From positions 1-63,316 of IMG/VR virus record IMGVR_UViG_3300020474_000010: DNA of 63,316 nucleotides; one strand, given 5' to 3'. The DNA is from a virus (Duplodnaviria; Caudoviricetes). The position numbers and the translations under genes were made by a program. The notes beneath the pieces are model-generated. The model saw nothing but the letters and a program-made list of their open reading frames with translations. It searched no databases and was not told where the DNA came from. Positions 27,927 to 35,112 of the stretch are shown here, piece after piece; within the stretch, counting starts at the first letter, position 1; each line of letters opens with the position of its first letter.

Positions 27927-28262
27927 TTATACTGCAAAAACTTTTGGTGATGCTGCAGAAGGACCAATCATAAGTCCTGTTGCTGCATTAAGGGGATCTC
28001 CAACAAAGCAAACCCTTCGACCACCAAAGCGAACTTTTGCACTCGAGGAAACTGCAATACGAGGAGTAGTGCAAGGAGTACCTCCAGGTGTAGTTCCAGG
28101 TGCAGGAGTCATGGTGTCTCCTTCTAATACAGGAGGAACACCTCCAATTAAATATTTTGGATTTGGTGGTATGGGGGCAAGAGGTGTTGGGGGTGTATTA
28201 CAAACACCTGCTCCACCAGTATCTGATGCTCCAGGGCGATAAACTGCGATTGCTCCAGCCAT
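27927..28262 (-). CDS. PAAR-like spike tip protein (gp5.4-like)
   Basis: 111 aa; KYLIGGVPPVLEGD and KVRFGGRRVCFVGDPL PAAR-type repeats; ends SPKVFAV. Confidence 0.75.
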   Translation of the reverse strand: MAGAIAVYRPGASDTGGAGVCNTPPTPLAPIPPNPKYLIGGVPPVLEGDTMTPAPGTTPGGTPCTTPRIAVSSSAKVRFGGRRVCFVGDPLNAATGLMIGPSAASPKVFAV

Positions 28263-28639
28263 TATCCTATATCCTCGGGTGATGGAATACCTTTACTCTT
28301 AATAAAGGAATCTCCTTCTATGTATTTCATTAACTCATCATTCTGGAAAACCTTCTCCCAGATCTGATTCAATGCCTCGGTCAACTTCAAATGTTCTTTC
28401 GCGTTCGGGGGACGGTAATACAGTTGCATCTTTTTCAATCTCATTAATTCGATCTCCTGCTGTTCCACTCGGGTGCGTAGGGCGAGAAGTTCGTTCTGCA
28501 GCGCTACTACTTGCTGCGTCGAAATAGTTGCAGAATTCATCAAAATTGTTGAGAGCGTCTTCGTAGCTCCAGGTTCTTGGGTCATTTTTTTCCACGGGAA
28601 ATTTTTTGATATTGAAGGTTTAGTAAAGTGACTTTCCAA
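28262..28639 (-). CDS. Hypothetical coiled-coil protein
   Basis: 125 aa from TTG (true start may be internal); TAATG overlap with the PAAR gene; LYYRPP motif. Confidence 0.6.
   Translation of the reverse strand: MESHFTKPSISKNFPWKKMTQEPGATKTLSTILMNSATISTQQVVALQNELLALRTRVEQQEIELMRLKKMQLYYRPPNAKEHLKLTEALNQIWEKVFQNDELMKYIEGDSFIKSKGIPSPEDIG
28338..28595 (-). CDS. Possible overlapping-frame acidic protein
   Basis: 85-aa ORF wholly inside 28262..28639 in another frame; protein-like N-terminus YEDALNNFDEFCNYFDAA. Confidence 0.4.
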   Translation of the reverse strand: MEKNDPRTWSYEDALNNFDEFCNYFDAASSSAAERTSRPTHPSGTAGDRINEIEKDATVLPSPERERTFEVDRGIESDLGEGFPE

Positions 28640-28642
28640 ATA

Positions 28643-28650
28643 TATTTATC
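28643..28650 (-). promoter_or_regulatory. Late promoter-like GATAAATA
   Basis: At the head of the PAAR operon, just downstream of the early-region terminator. Confidence 0.65.
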
Positions 28651-28704
28651 GGTCGTCTGGATACTTTTGTAGGTTAGCGATGCCTAGGAGTCCCAACCCG
28701 CATT

Positions 28705-28728
28705 AAGAAGGGGCATTTTACTGCCCCC
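28705..28728 (-). terminator. Probable terminator closing the early region
   Basis: Minus strand GGGGCA-GTAAAA-TGCCCC then TTCTT, immediately after the 28736 stop. Confidence 0.55.
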
Positions 28729-28735
28729 TGTGTCA

Positions 28736-29014
28736 TTAGCGTGCTGCTTCCATGGCAGCGTCTATGCTTTCGTCTTCGTCTACTCTGACCCACTTGATCG
28801 GATCACCTGCTGTCATCTTCCAGATCATTTGATCACCACCGCCAAAGATTGAATGGCAGATACGGTATGCTGTCTCTATGTCTGCACAGTATACACAACC
28901 GTCTGGATCAAAGTTGAACCATGCTGCTGGTTGTACTGCCCAACCTCTTGGATCTGTTTTCATTGCTTCACGCTCTGCTGCTATTCTGTCGAAGGCTTCT
29001 TTTTTTAGTGGCAT
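28736..29014 (-). CDS. Hypothetical early protein
   Basis: 92 aa, preceded by a consensus sigma70 promoter and an A/C-rich leader. Confidence 0.8.
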   Translation of the reverse strand: MPLKKEAFDRIAAEREAMKTDPRGWAVQPAAWFNFDPDGCVYCADIETAYRICHSIFGGGDQMIWKMTAGDPIKWVRVDEDESIDAAMEAAR

Positions 29015-29037
29015 GTGTTTAGTTTGTTTATATTATT

Positions 29038-29066
29038 ATTATAGTGTATCATGACGCATATGTCAA
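29038..29066 (-). promoter_or_regulatory. Perfect sigma70 promoter TTGACA-17-TATAAT
   Basis: TTGACA 29066-29061 and TATAAT 29043-29038. Confidence 0.85.
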
Positions 29067-29804
29067 GATCATTCGATTTGGATCTGTGGTCACGAACTGT
29101 CTCACGTTATCCTGTTGTATTTTGATTACGACCTGAGATGATTTATTTGCTTTGCTGAGTCCTAAGAATGCCTTGATACCGTTATTACTTGTTACTCTCA
29201 CTCTCAACCCTAGATCCACAGAACAAAATGATCCATTCAATAACATACGTCTGCTGCTCTTACCCTTACCTCTCACCAGTTGTGGTATGTGGTCTGCTTC
29301 TATGCATTGAGTCATAGTCAAGCGATCTGCTTCCATAATATGTAGCATCTCGTGCTTGGTGTCGTTGATTACAATTCCATATCCTCGCTGCTTCTCTACT
29401 ACGTGTGTCCTCATAAAGTCGAGCATCATATATGGATCGATTGTGTTTAATGCTTTCTCACAACAGTCGTTGAAGAGGTCGCGTGCTTGGTCGATAAGTG
29501 CTTTCCTATCTTCCTTAGGTAGCATATGAGCACCCTTAAGGAATGTGAAGAAGTTTTCAAAACAGGTTCGGTCAATGACGTCATTAATTTGTGAGGTGTT
29601 AACCCAATCGAAAGATCCATTTTTTAAACCTGCCTTATGCTTGATTGAAATTCCTTTCTCTCCTGCTACTGCATCTGCCTTATGTTTCGTTCCTCCCTTA
29701 TGAGTAACGTTTGTATGATAGACTGCGAACTCGTTTAAAATATCAATTGTGGCGTGCTCGTTTGATACGCCTTGATGATGTGTGCTTCCGTTGGTTTTGA
29801 ACAT
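29049..29804 (-). CDS. Putative PD-(D/E)xK-fold nuclease (restriction/homing endonuclease-like)
   Basis: Start moved to MFKTNG, downstream of the promoter at 29845; GVSNE helix, then GGTKHKAD and GISIK fit an E...D...SxK catalytic layout. Confidence 0.55.
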   Translation of the reverse strand: MFKTNGSTHHQGVSNEHATIDILNEFAVYHTNVTHKGGTKHKADAVAGEKGISIKHKAGLKNGSFDWVNTSQINDVIDRTCFENFFTFLKGAHMLPKEDRKALIDQARDLFNDCCEKALNTIDPYMMLDFMRTHVVEKQRGYGIVINDTKHEMLHIMEADRLTMTQCIEADHIPQLVRGKGKSSRRMLLNGSFCSVDLGLRVRVTSNNGIKAFLGLSKANKSSQVVIKIQQDNVRQFVTTDPNRMILTYAS

Positions 29805-29844
29805 ATTGTTTGGGGTGATCGACACCCTGATTGTGTATACTATA

Positions 29845-29903
29845 ATTATAAAGGATATCACCCGCTGTATGCATATGGGGTGTGCCAGTTCTATAACTGG
29901 TTC
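29845..29903 (-). promoter_or_regulatory. Early promoter with 22-bp palindrome #1
   Basis: Plus strand GTGCCAGTT-CTAT-AACTGGTTC at 29882-29903; 31 bp to TATAAT (29845-29850). Confidence 0.75.
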
Positions 29904-30064
29904 TCCCATACTGTTGTTTTAAATCTTTTGACTGCCTTGTCAAGTAATTTCATGTCACCGTCGCATATGTCGGCGCAATCCTCATCTTCCACATGGCAGA
30001 AGGCATTATTGATGTCACCGATTAGTGTGAGTAATGCGGTGTAATTGCTTGCGGGTGTTACCAT
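29891..30064 (-). CDS. 57-aa hypothetical protein
   Basis: Hand-translated MVTPASNYTALLTLIGDINNAFCHVEDEDCADICDGDMKLLDKAVKRFKTTVWENQL*; TAATG coupling to the upstream gene. Confidence 0.65.
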   Translation of the reverse strand: MVTPASNYTALLTLIGDINNAFCHVEDEDCADICDGDMKLLDKAVKRFKTTVWENQL

Positions 30065-30222
30065 TAGAATTCGTCCCTAAAAAGTTGATAATAAAAGTCG
30101 TCAAAGATTTTGAACTGGTAAGCGGTGTCACTCAGTGTCTCGTCTTGATTCCATCCCCTGCCAACTGTGGCGGGGGTGTGATTGTAACAGTCGAGGACTG
30201 CTTGATATGTGGTCTCGTTCAT
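30064..30222 (-). CDS. 52-aa hypothetical protein
   Basis: Internal ATG (MNETTYQ) gives TAATG coupling with the upstream ORF. Confidence 0.6.
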   Translation of the reverse strand: MNETTYQAVLDCYNHTPATVGRGWNQDETLSDTAYQFKIFDDFYYQLFRDEF

Positions 30223-30389
30223 TAGTGTCTGTCCGAGATGTACCATGTTCCACCAGTAGGAACTTCGAGTGCTTGGAACTGACGTTTTTCCATTGCATCA
30301 AGTGCCATTCTTACAACGGGGTCGTTTGCTGCTGTCTCATTCATGAGTACTGCACCGTTGTAATAAGAAGAGAGTTGTTTGTTGTTCAT
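30222..30389 (-). CDS. Hypothetical early protein, probably leaderless
   Basis: MNNKQLSSYY...; ATG 6 bp downstream of TATAAT. Confidence 0.65.
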   Translation of the reverse strand: MNNKQLSSYYNGAVLMNETAANDPVVRMALDAMEKRQFQALEVPTGGTWYISDRH

Positions 30390-30395
30390 GTACTT

Positions 30396-30453
30396 ATTAT
30401 AATGGAGCGGTGGCAGTGTTGCCACCACTTGTAGACAGTTTGTGAAGTGTCAC
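30396..30453 (-). promoter_or_regulatory. Early promoter with palindrome #2
   Basis: TAGACAGTT-TGTG-AAGTGTCAC at 30432-30453; 30 bp to TATAAT (30396-30401). Confidence 0.7.
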
Positions 30454-30701
30454 AGCTCCTCTAGCATTTCGTCCATCTCGACCGCGTTGATCTTTGGATT
30501 GTCCCATCTTACACCGTCTCCTGTGTTTGGGATGTCGTAGTTCATGAAGATCTCAAGAAGGTGTTCCCAATCCATTGCCTGACGTGCTATGTCATAAAGA
30601 CCACTGTCAGATCCGATCCATAGTGCTGCGTTCCATGTCTCGTAGTTAGTCCAACCGTTGTATTCTGTGTCGGTTAGATTTGCTTGATAAGTTGCGGTCA
30701 T
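30450..30701 (-). CDS. Conserved phage hypothetical protein (YNGWTNYETW family)
   Basis: 83 aa, acidic; YNGWTNYETWNAALW motif. Confidence 0.8.
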   Translation of the reverse strand: MTATYQANLTDTEYNGWTNYETWNAALWIGSDSGLYDIARQAMDWEHLLEIFMNYDIPNTGDGVRWDNPKINAVEMDEMLEEL

Positions 30702-30727
30702 GAATACCTTTGTTTGTTTATACTATT

Positions 30728-30785
30728 ATTATAGCAGTGGCAGTTGCCACCGCAACGTACTATGTGCCACTAGTTGAACTGGTAC
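30728..30785 (-). promoter_or_regulatory. Early promoter with palindrome #3
   Basis: GTGCCACTA-GTTG-AACTGGTAC at 30764-30785; 30 bp to TATAAT (30728-30733). Confidence 0.8.
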
Positions 30786-31053
30786 ACTTCCATGCAGCTC
30801 CATGTGTTTGTTTGTTCCATGTGATTTTACCCATACGATCCATAGAATTGAAACAACGTTGGCACATGCATGTGACATCATCACCTTCCGAGTTGGTCAG
30901 CTGCCCCCAGTCATAGTCGCACCAATCTTTCCCCATCACCTCTATGCTATAATAATAATCATATGTTGGTTTGTACCATCGCCCCCGTTGCATATCAGGC
31001 TCGCCATCTGTATGCTCATCGTCATACACATGGCATAGGTCACAGTATGCCAT
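30760..31053 (-). CDS. Hypothetical Cys-motif (probable Zn-binding) protein
   Basis: Start MAYCDLC (TAATG coupling); CxxC and CxCxxC motifs. Confidence 0.65.
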   Translation of the reverse strand: MAYCDLCHVYDDEHTDGEPDMQRGRWYKPTYDYYYSIEVMGKDWCDYDWGQLTNSEGDDVTCMCQRCFNSMDRMGKITWNKQTHGAAWKCTSSTSGT

Positions 31054-31265
31054 TATATGATACCTACTGCACCGAGGTCGCCATAGCAACCCTCAACAAC
31101 TCTCTTACCATTGAGAGCATACCAAACAACCTCGGCATATCCGTAGTCGTCTGCAATCTGTAAGCATAGTTCATCTGCCCATTGATTGTTTAGGACTGGT
31201 TCCTTAATGTTTGTGTTTGGAACTTCAATAAATCTTTCGATATTGAATGGATAATTTTTGATCAT
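31053..31265 (-). CDS. Hypothetical protein
   Basis: 70 aa, in a tightly packed operon. Confidence 0.7.
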   Translation of the reverse strand: MIKNYPFNIERFIEVPNTNIKEPVLNNQWADELCLQIADDYGYAEVVWYALNGKRVVEGCYGDLGAVGII

Positions 31266-31267
31266 GT

Positions 31268-31501
31268 TTAGTTTTGAATTAACTCTGTATTAACTTCATT
31301 ATAAACCCTTACAGACAACTCTGCATCACCTGATGTGTCAATATTATTTCTGTCACACGCTTTCCCCACTATGCCCCATATAGTGTTAACTTCATCATCA
31401 GTGAGGAACTGTGCCATGCTGTAGTAAATTTCAACTTTATCATCATGTGTGCATTCCCCATAGGGATTGTCCTCTGGATACTCCCAACCTTTAACTAGCA
31501 T
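31268..31501 (-). CDS. Hypothetical acidic protein
   Basis: 77 aa; GGAGG SD upstream. Confidence 0.7.
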   Translation of the reverse strand: MLVKGWEYPEDNPYGECTHDDKVEIYYSMAQFLTDDEVNTIWGIVGKACDRNNIDTSGDAELSVRVYNEVNTELIQN

Positions 31502-31730
31502 AGTCCTCCTTCTTTGGGTATTGTCCCTGTTCGATCCAATGTGCTAAGGCATCAATCTCTTTGCCAATTGCGTGACCATCCCAAAATTCAAACGGTTCCC
31601 ATAGATGGTCGCCCATGAACCCCTCCTGTCCATTGTCTGTCCAGTCAAAAAACTTGTCTGGTACATGCTCTGTGAGATAGAATCCAGACGCCCACTGGAA
31701 ACACGCTTCTGCATATGTTAGTTTTCTCAT
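31491..31730 (-). CDS. Hypothetical acidic/aromatic protein
   Basis: 79 aa; ATGA overlap. Confidence 0.7.
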   Translation of the reverse strand: MRKLTYAEACFQWASGFYLTEHVPDKFFDWTDNGQEGFMGDHLWEPFEFWDGHAIGKEIDALAHWIEQGQYPKKEDYAS

Positions 31731-31939
31731 ACTGCTAATGATAGTTGAAATGGTTCTGGATCTTTTTCCTCGGTGATGTTGGTGATGACTTCATCATACC
31801 AACCATAGTCTGACTCCATGTCATCCCATGTCCCGTTGTTAAACTGTTCGATAGCATGCTCTTTGGATCTTGCCATGATTGTATAATCTGTATAAGTCCA
31901 GTGCTTTGCTTCGATGTAAAATGCTTTCTCGTCTACCAT
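31727..31939 (-). CDS. Hypothetical acidic protein
   Basis: 70 aa; GGAGG SD; TAATG coupling. Confidence 0.7.
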   Translation of the reverse strand: MVDEKAFYIEAKHWTYTDYTIMARSKEHAIEQFNNGTWDDMESDYGWYDEVITNITEEKDPEPFQLSLAV

Positions 31940-32097
31940 TAGTAATCCTCCCTTAGAAATCCGTATGCATCATAGATTGCCGAGTATTTACGCCCAATGC
32001 TGATAGCGTGTAAATACTGTTCAAATGTGGGTGTGGTGTGGTCGTCATCATCACACCTCTTAAACCATTCGGTTTTGTAGTCTGAAAAACTAATCAT
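31939..32097 (-). CDS. 52-aa hypothetical protein
   Basis: Hand-translated MISFSDYKTEWFKRCDDDDHTTPTFEQYLHAISIGRKYSAIYDAYGFLREDY*; fills the operon gap. Confidence 0.6.
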   Translation of the reverse strand: MISFSDYKTEWFKRCDDDDHTTPTFEQYLHAISIGRKYSAIYDAYGFLREDY

Positions 32098-32308
32098 CAT
32101 TAAGTACCTCTCGTGCTGCTGCTAGGATCTGATCTTGAAACCAGTCTGAGTCTGTGATCACATCAACCTCGTGCTGGACAAGTTGTTTAATGTAACGCTG
32201 CATCATGTGTGCTGATGTCTCCCAAATGAGAGGTGATTTTAAATTATCACCCATTGCTTCAATGAAAGCATCATCAACATCATTTCTCATTGGATCACTC
32301 ATAGTCAT
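32090..32308 (-). CDS. Hypothetical acidic protein
   Basis: 72 aa; ATGA overlap. Confidence 0.7.
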   Translation of the reverse strand: MTMSDPMRNDVDDAFIEAMGDNLKSPLIWETSAHMMQRYIKQLVQHEVDVITDSDWFQDQILAAAREVLNDD

Positions 32309-32505
32309 GCTACCCCCTGTGGGTCAATTGAATAATCCCACGGTGCGGGTTCGCAGATCTTCTCGACTAGAGAATGAAATGCTGGTAGATCTGATAATGG
32401 GTTATCAGAATCAACGAGAGATGTTGCCATCTTAACGAGGATCTTTTCCTCTGGTTCAGTCATTTCAAGAGACCTTAACCAATTTGTGTTTAGTTTGTTT
32501 TCCAT
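32305..32505 (-). CDS. Hypothetical early protein, possibly leaderless
   Basis: 66 aa; ATG 6 bp after TATAAT. Confidence 0.65.
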   Translation of the reverse strand: MENKLNTNWLRSLEMTEPEEKILVKMATSLVDSDNPLSDLPAFHSLVEKICEPAPWDYSIDPQGVA

Positions 32506-32511
32506 GTCTTT

Positions 32512-32569
32512 ATTATAAAGGATGATGTTGCCACTGTAAGGGGTTAGTAGACACTTTATAAATTGTCAC
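32512..32569 (-). promoter_or_regulatory. Early promoter with palindrome #4
   Basis: TAGACACTT-TATA-AATTGTCAC at 32548-32569; 30 bp to TATAAT (32512-32517). Confidence 0.7.
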
Positions 32570-32783
32570 TCTCTATTCGGTATTCCAACTCAGCTTGTTC
32601 TTCCCATTTCAACGCATTATCGCTAAACTCCATAAGGCGGTCCAATACTTCAACCATTGAATAGTCTCTGTTGATTGCATCATCACCAAAGGCAATTTCA
32701 TAAACTTCCTCTATGAATTGTTCCTGTGTGGTCACGTAGTCATAAGACCACGTGCCATCCAGTTTCTCATGTGGAACACCCAT
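32556..32783 (-). CDS. Hypothetical acidic protein
   Basis: 75 aa; EQFIEEVYEIAFGDDAINR motif; TAATG coupling. Confidence 0.75.
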   Translation of the reverse strand: MGVPHEKLDGTWSYDYVTTQEQFIEEVYEIAFGDDAINRDYSMVEVLDRLMEFSDNALKWEEQAELEYRIESDNL

Positions 32784-32932
32784 TACCCCATTTCCTCGAG
32801 GATCTGGTATGCTCTGATTGATGCAACTTCCTGTGCATTCTCTGACTGTGGATCAAATCCCGCTTCTTCTAATTGAGTTAGAAGATCCTCGAAAATGCCT
32901 TCGAGGATTGATTCGTTAGTTAAGCAACTCAT
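32783..32932 (-). CDS. 49-aa acidic protein
   Basis: Hand-translated MSCLTNESILEGIFEDLLTQLEEAGFDPQSENAQEVASIRAYQILEEMG*; ATGA overlap upstream. Confidence 0.65.
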   Translation of the reverse strand: MSCLTNESILEGIFEDLLTQLEEAGFDPQSENAQEVASIRAYQILEEMG

Positions 32933-33114
32933 GAGAATAAAGGTCTCATGTAGTTTTTGAACTCTTCACATCTGTGAGATGCTAGGACTCTCATTTCCTT
33001 TTCTGTGATTACTATGTCGTAACCCTCTGCTCTCATTTCATCGTAGCATGCCTGAGATACTCCCTTGTCTGTTAGGTCGTATTTGTGAAGTTCAATGTGT
33101 TTGAAAAAACTCAT
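32929..33114 (-). CDS. Hypothetical early protein
   Basis: 61 aa; own promoter and A/C-rich leader. Confidence 0.75.
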   Translation of the reverse strand: MSFFKHIELHKYDLTDKGVSQACYDEMRAEGYDIVITEKEMRVLASHRCEEFKNYMRPLFS

Positions 33115-33139
33115 GTTGTTTAGTTTTGTTTATACTATT

Positions 33140-33198
33140 ATTATACACACGCAGGGTGACAGATGCCACCCAGTGTGTACCACTTTCTAAACTGTCAC
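33140..33198 (-). promoter_or_regulatory. Early promoter with palindrome #5
   Basis: GTACCACTT-TCTA-AACTGTCAC at 33177-33198; 31 bp to TATAAT (33140-33145). Confidence 0.75.
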
Positions 33199-33202
33199 AC
33201 CC

Positions 33203-33631
33203 CTACTCGTTGGGGATAGTGACTGGTTCTATAATACTATCTGTGATGTTATAATCATCATCATATTTGTGATCTAAACTAAACCCGTTCCATTCGCCAT
33301 GATCAAATATGTATAGAAACTCTTCACATGCCTTTGCGTTCTTAGCAAATGACCTGAAATCCTTGTCAAGTCGTGGTGCTTCACTGTCACCCCCGTAGTA
33401 ACTAGGTTGTGGATCTCTTTTCACATATTCTTGCTTCTCGAAATCAAATTCATTATCTGAGTAGCATGATGACATGTTGCCACCGTCTAGTAACTCAGCT
33501 ATCTTTTCATATGTGTTGTAGTGTTCTTTAAGAACTACACCCAACCACTCGGGATAACCGTCCCAATGATGATAAGCTGATAATACTGAGCCGTCTTGTA
33601 GTTTAAGACCAATGCGTGAACGTGTTCCCAT
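33203..33631 (-). CDS. Conserved phage hypothetical protein (MGTRSRIG...HWDGYP family)
   Basis: 142 aa with MGTRSRIG, YHHWDGYPEWLG..L and EEFLYIF..GEW motifs. Confidence 0.85.
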   Translation of the reverse strand: MGTRSRIGLKLQDGSVLSAYHHWDGYPEWLGVVLKEHYNTYEKIAELLDGGNMSSCYSDNEFDFEKQEYVKRDPQPSYYGGDSEAPRLDKDFRSFAKNAKACEEFLYIFDHGEWNGFSLDHKYDDDYNITDSIIEPVTIPNE

Positions 33632-33660
33632 GTTTGTTTAGTTTTGAGAGAATAGGGTGC

Positions 33661-33820
33661 GGAAAACAAAATGGATGGCGGTAGATTGGTGGCGATTTGC
33701 GTTATCTACCTTTAATAATAATGTGCTTGGTTATCTTCTGATTAACTGGACTAGTCTATTAATCAGTAGGGACTTTCACCTCTTCGGTCTTACACCTAAT
33801 TAACCATCATTTGTTTTCCC
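33661..33820 (-). ncRNA. Candidate ~160-nt structured RNA (leader or standalone)
   Basis: Ends pair (GGAAAACAAAUGAUGG with CCAUCCAUUUUGUUUUCC); internal hairpins CUGAUUAA/UUAAUCAG and GGUAGAU/AUCUACC; two GG-UGNAA-GN-CC T-loop-like hairpins; begins at the predicted TSS; no ORF. Confidence 0.65.
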
Positions 33821-33826
33821 ATTCTT

Positions 33827-33885
33827 AATATAACAGAATGGACCAGGGAATGCAACCCTGTGTGTGCCACTTAATAACGTGGCAC
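33827..33885 (-). promoter_or_regulatory. Early promoter with palindrome #6
   Basis: GTGCCACTT-AATA-ACGTGGCAC at 33864-33885; TTGCAT-17-TATATT (33827-33855). Confidence 0.75.
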
Positions 33886-34161
33886 AGGGTTTGGGTTTCC
33901 ATTGTGATCCCGTGGTAATCTCAACGTATGTGTCCCCTCGGTGAAGTTATCAACCGTGAACTTAATTTCCTTGTATAAACCACGGATTGCATCCTTACCG
34001 AAATAATCATGTTCAATGGTATCATGACCAGTGCATGAAGATCCCCATGATGTAACATCTGAATCGATCCTCGCAAAGAGTCCACGAACCATGTAATTCA
34101 GTAAACCGAGTTCACGTTTAGAAACTCTGATGTTGATGAATTTAGGATTATTCTCGTCCAA
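33871..34161 (-). CDS. Hypothetical early protein
   Basis: 96 aa; TTG start with GGAGG SD at 34171-34175. Confidence 0.65.
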   Translation of the reverse strand: MDENNPKFINIRVSKRELGLLNYMVRGLFARIDSDVTSWGSSCTGHDTIEHDYFGKDAIRGLYKEIKFTVDNFTEGTHTLRLPRDHNGNPNPVPRY

Positions 34162-34204
34162 GTGTAATTCCCTCCAATTGGTTTAAGATTGTTTGATACT
34201 GTTC

Positions 34205-34263
34205 ATTATACTGTCTTTGCAACCTAGCATCAACTAGGTCTATGACACTTTGTAATTCGGCAT
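34205..34263 (-). promoter_or_regulatory. Early promoter with degenerate palindrome #7
   Basis: ATGACACTT-TGTA-ATTCGGCAT at 34242-34263; TTGATG-17-TATAAT (34205-34233). Confidence 0.6.
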
Positions 34264-34284
34264 CAGTTAAAAAGATTGCGTGTC

Positions 34285-34545
34285 TCATTTTTTAAAATCG
34301 CATTTCATGTACTCTTTGACCTCTTCAACCACATCATCGAAGTGGTCATCCCAGTAGTCGCGGGCATCATTAAGGAAATCTTCATCGAACTGCGTTTCCA
34401 CATAGTGTGTCATATCACTATAAACGTATTCCATGAGATCTTCGGTGGTCATGTTATCGACATACCTTTCAACAAAGAATGCCTTTAACTCATCGATCAC
34501 CTCGGGGGTGAGTTCTTCCCCCGACTTCATTCTGTATTTTATCAT
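34285..34545 (-). CDS. Highly acidic hypothetical protein
   Basis: 86 aa, roughly a quarter to a third Asp/Glu; TAATG coupling. Confidence 0.75.
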   Translation of the reverse strand: MIKYRMKSGEELTPEVIDELKAFFVERYVDNMTTEDLMEYVYSDMTHYVETQFDEDFLNDARDYWDDHFDDVVEEVKEYMKCDFKK

Positions 34546-35012
34546 TAGAGGTAACCTGCGAATTCCATGGCAGGTTCATCATAGAACCATGATATGCTCA
34601 ACTCGGGAAACTTCTCTCGTAGTGCTGATACAATTCCCTCGGGTGGCGACCATGCTGTATCAAATGCGAACTGGACATAATCCTCGTGATCGTCTGACCA
34701 CTCAATATCCTTTTCTGAAATGTCCCATTTAGTTCCCCAATTCTGCACTCGCCAGTTATACCAGCGATCATCTTGCCTACCATCTGAGAATTCAAGTGCT
34801 GTATGTACATACTCACCATTAGGGTTCTTGTATGTTTTCTCAATTGGTAACTCACCACGATCAGGGCATTTGATCTTAGAGAAGTCAGGTTGTGGATATA
34901 TCACATTGAAAGGATTATCCTTAGAGAAGATCTCTTTTAACTCAGCGAGTTGCTTTTCTTCTTCTTCGTTACCAGCAGATGCTGTAACTCTGTTTTCACA
35001 CCAGTTAGGCAT
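34545..35012 (-). CDS. DUF1281 / YubB-like ferredoxin-fold protein
   Basis: MPNWCENR, WYNWRVQNWGTKWD, FDTAWSPP, YDEP..FAG motifs. Confidence 0.75.
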   Translation of the reverse strand: MPNWCENRVTASAGNEEEEKQLAELKEIFSKDNPFNVIYPQPDFSKIKCPDRGELPIEKTYKNPNGEYVHTALEFSDGRQDDRWYNWRVQNWGTKWDISEKDIEWSDDHEDYVQFAFDTAWSPPEGIVSALREKFPELSISWFYDEPAMEFAGYL

Positions 35013-35041
35013 AATTCTGTTGTTTAGTTTGGTATGTACTA

Positions 35042-35099
35042 ATTATAGTATATTTCCAGCACACATCAACACACCCTGTGCCAGAAATATAACTGGCAC
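35042..35099 (-). promoter_or_regulatory. Early promoter with palindrome #8
   Basis: GTGCCAGAA-ATAT-AACTGGCAC at 35078-35099; 30 bp to TATAAT (35042-35047). Confidence 0.8.
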
Positions 35100-35112
35100 T
35101 GGTCGCGTAACG

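Noticed and set aside
29805-29909. Longest-ORF starts at 29909 (likewise 30428, 35546, 35945, 63263)
   Set aside because: The extensions run through promoters, palindromes, hairpins or terminators; downstream ATGs fit better.
33661-33820. Hammerhead ribozyme, tRNA or group II intron
   Set aside because: It has CUGAUUA rather than CUGANGA, no cloverleaf or CCA, no GUGYG start or domain V, and is far too short for an intron.
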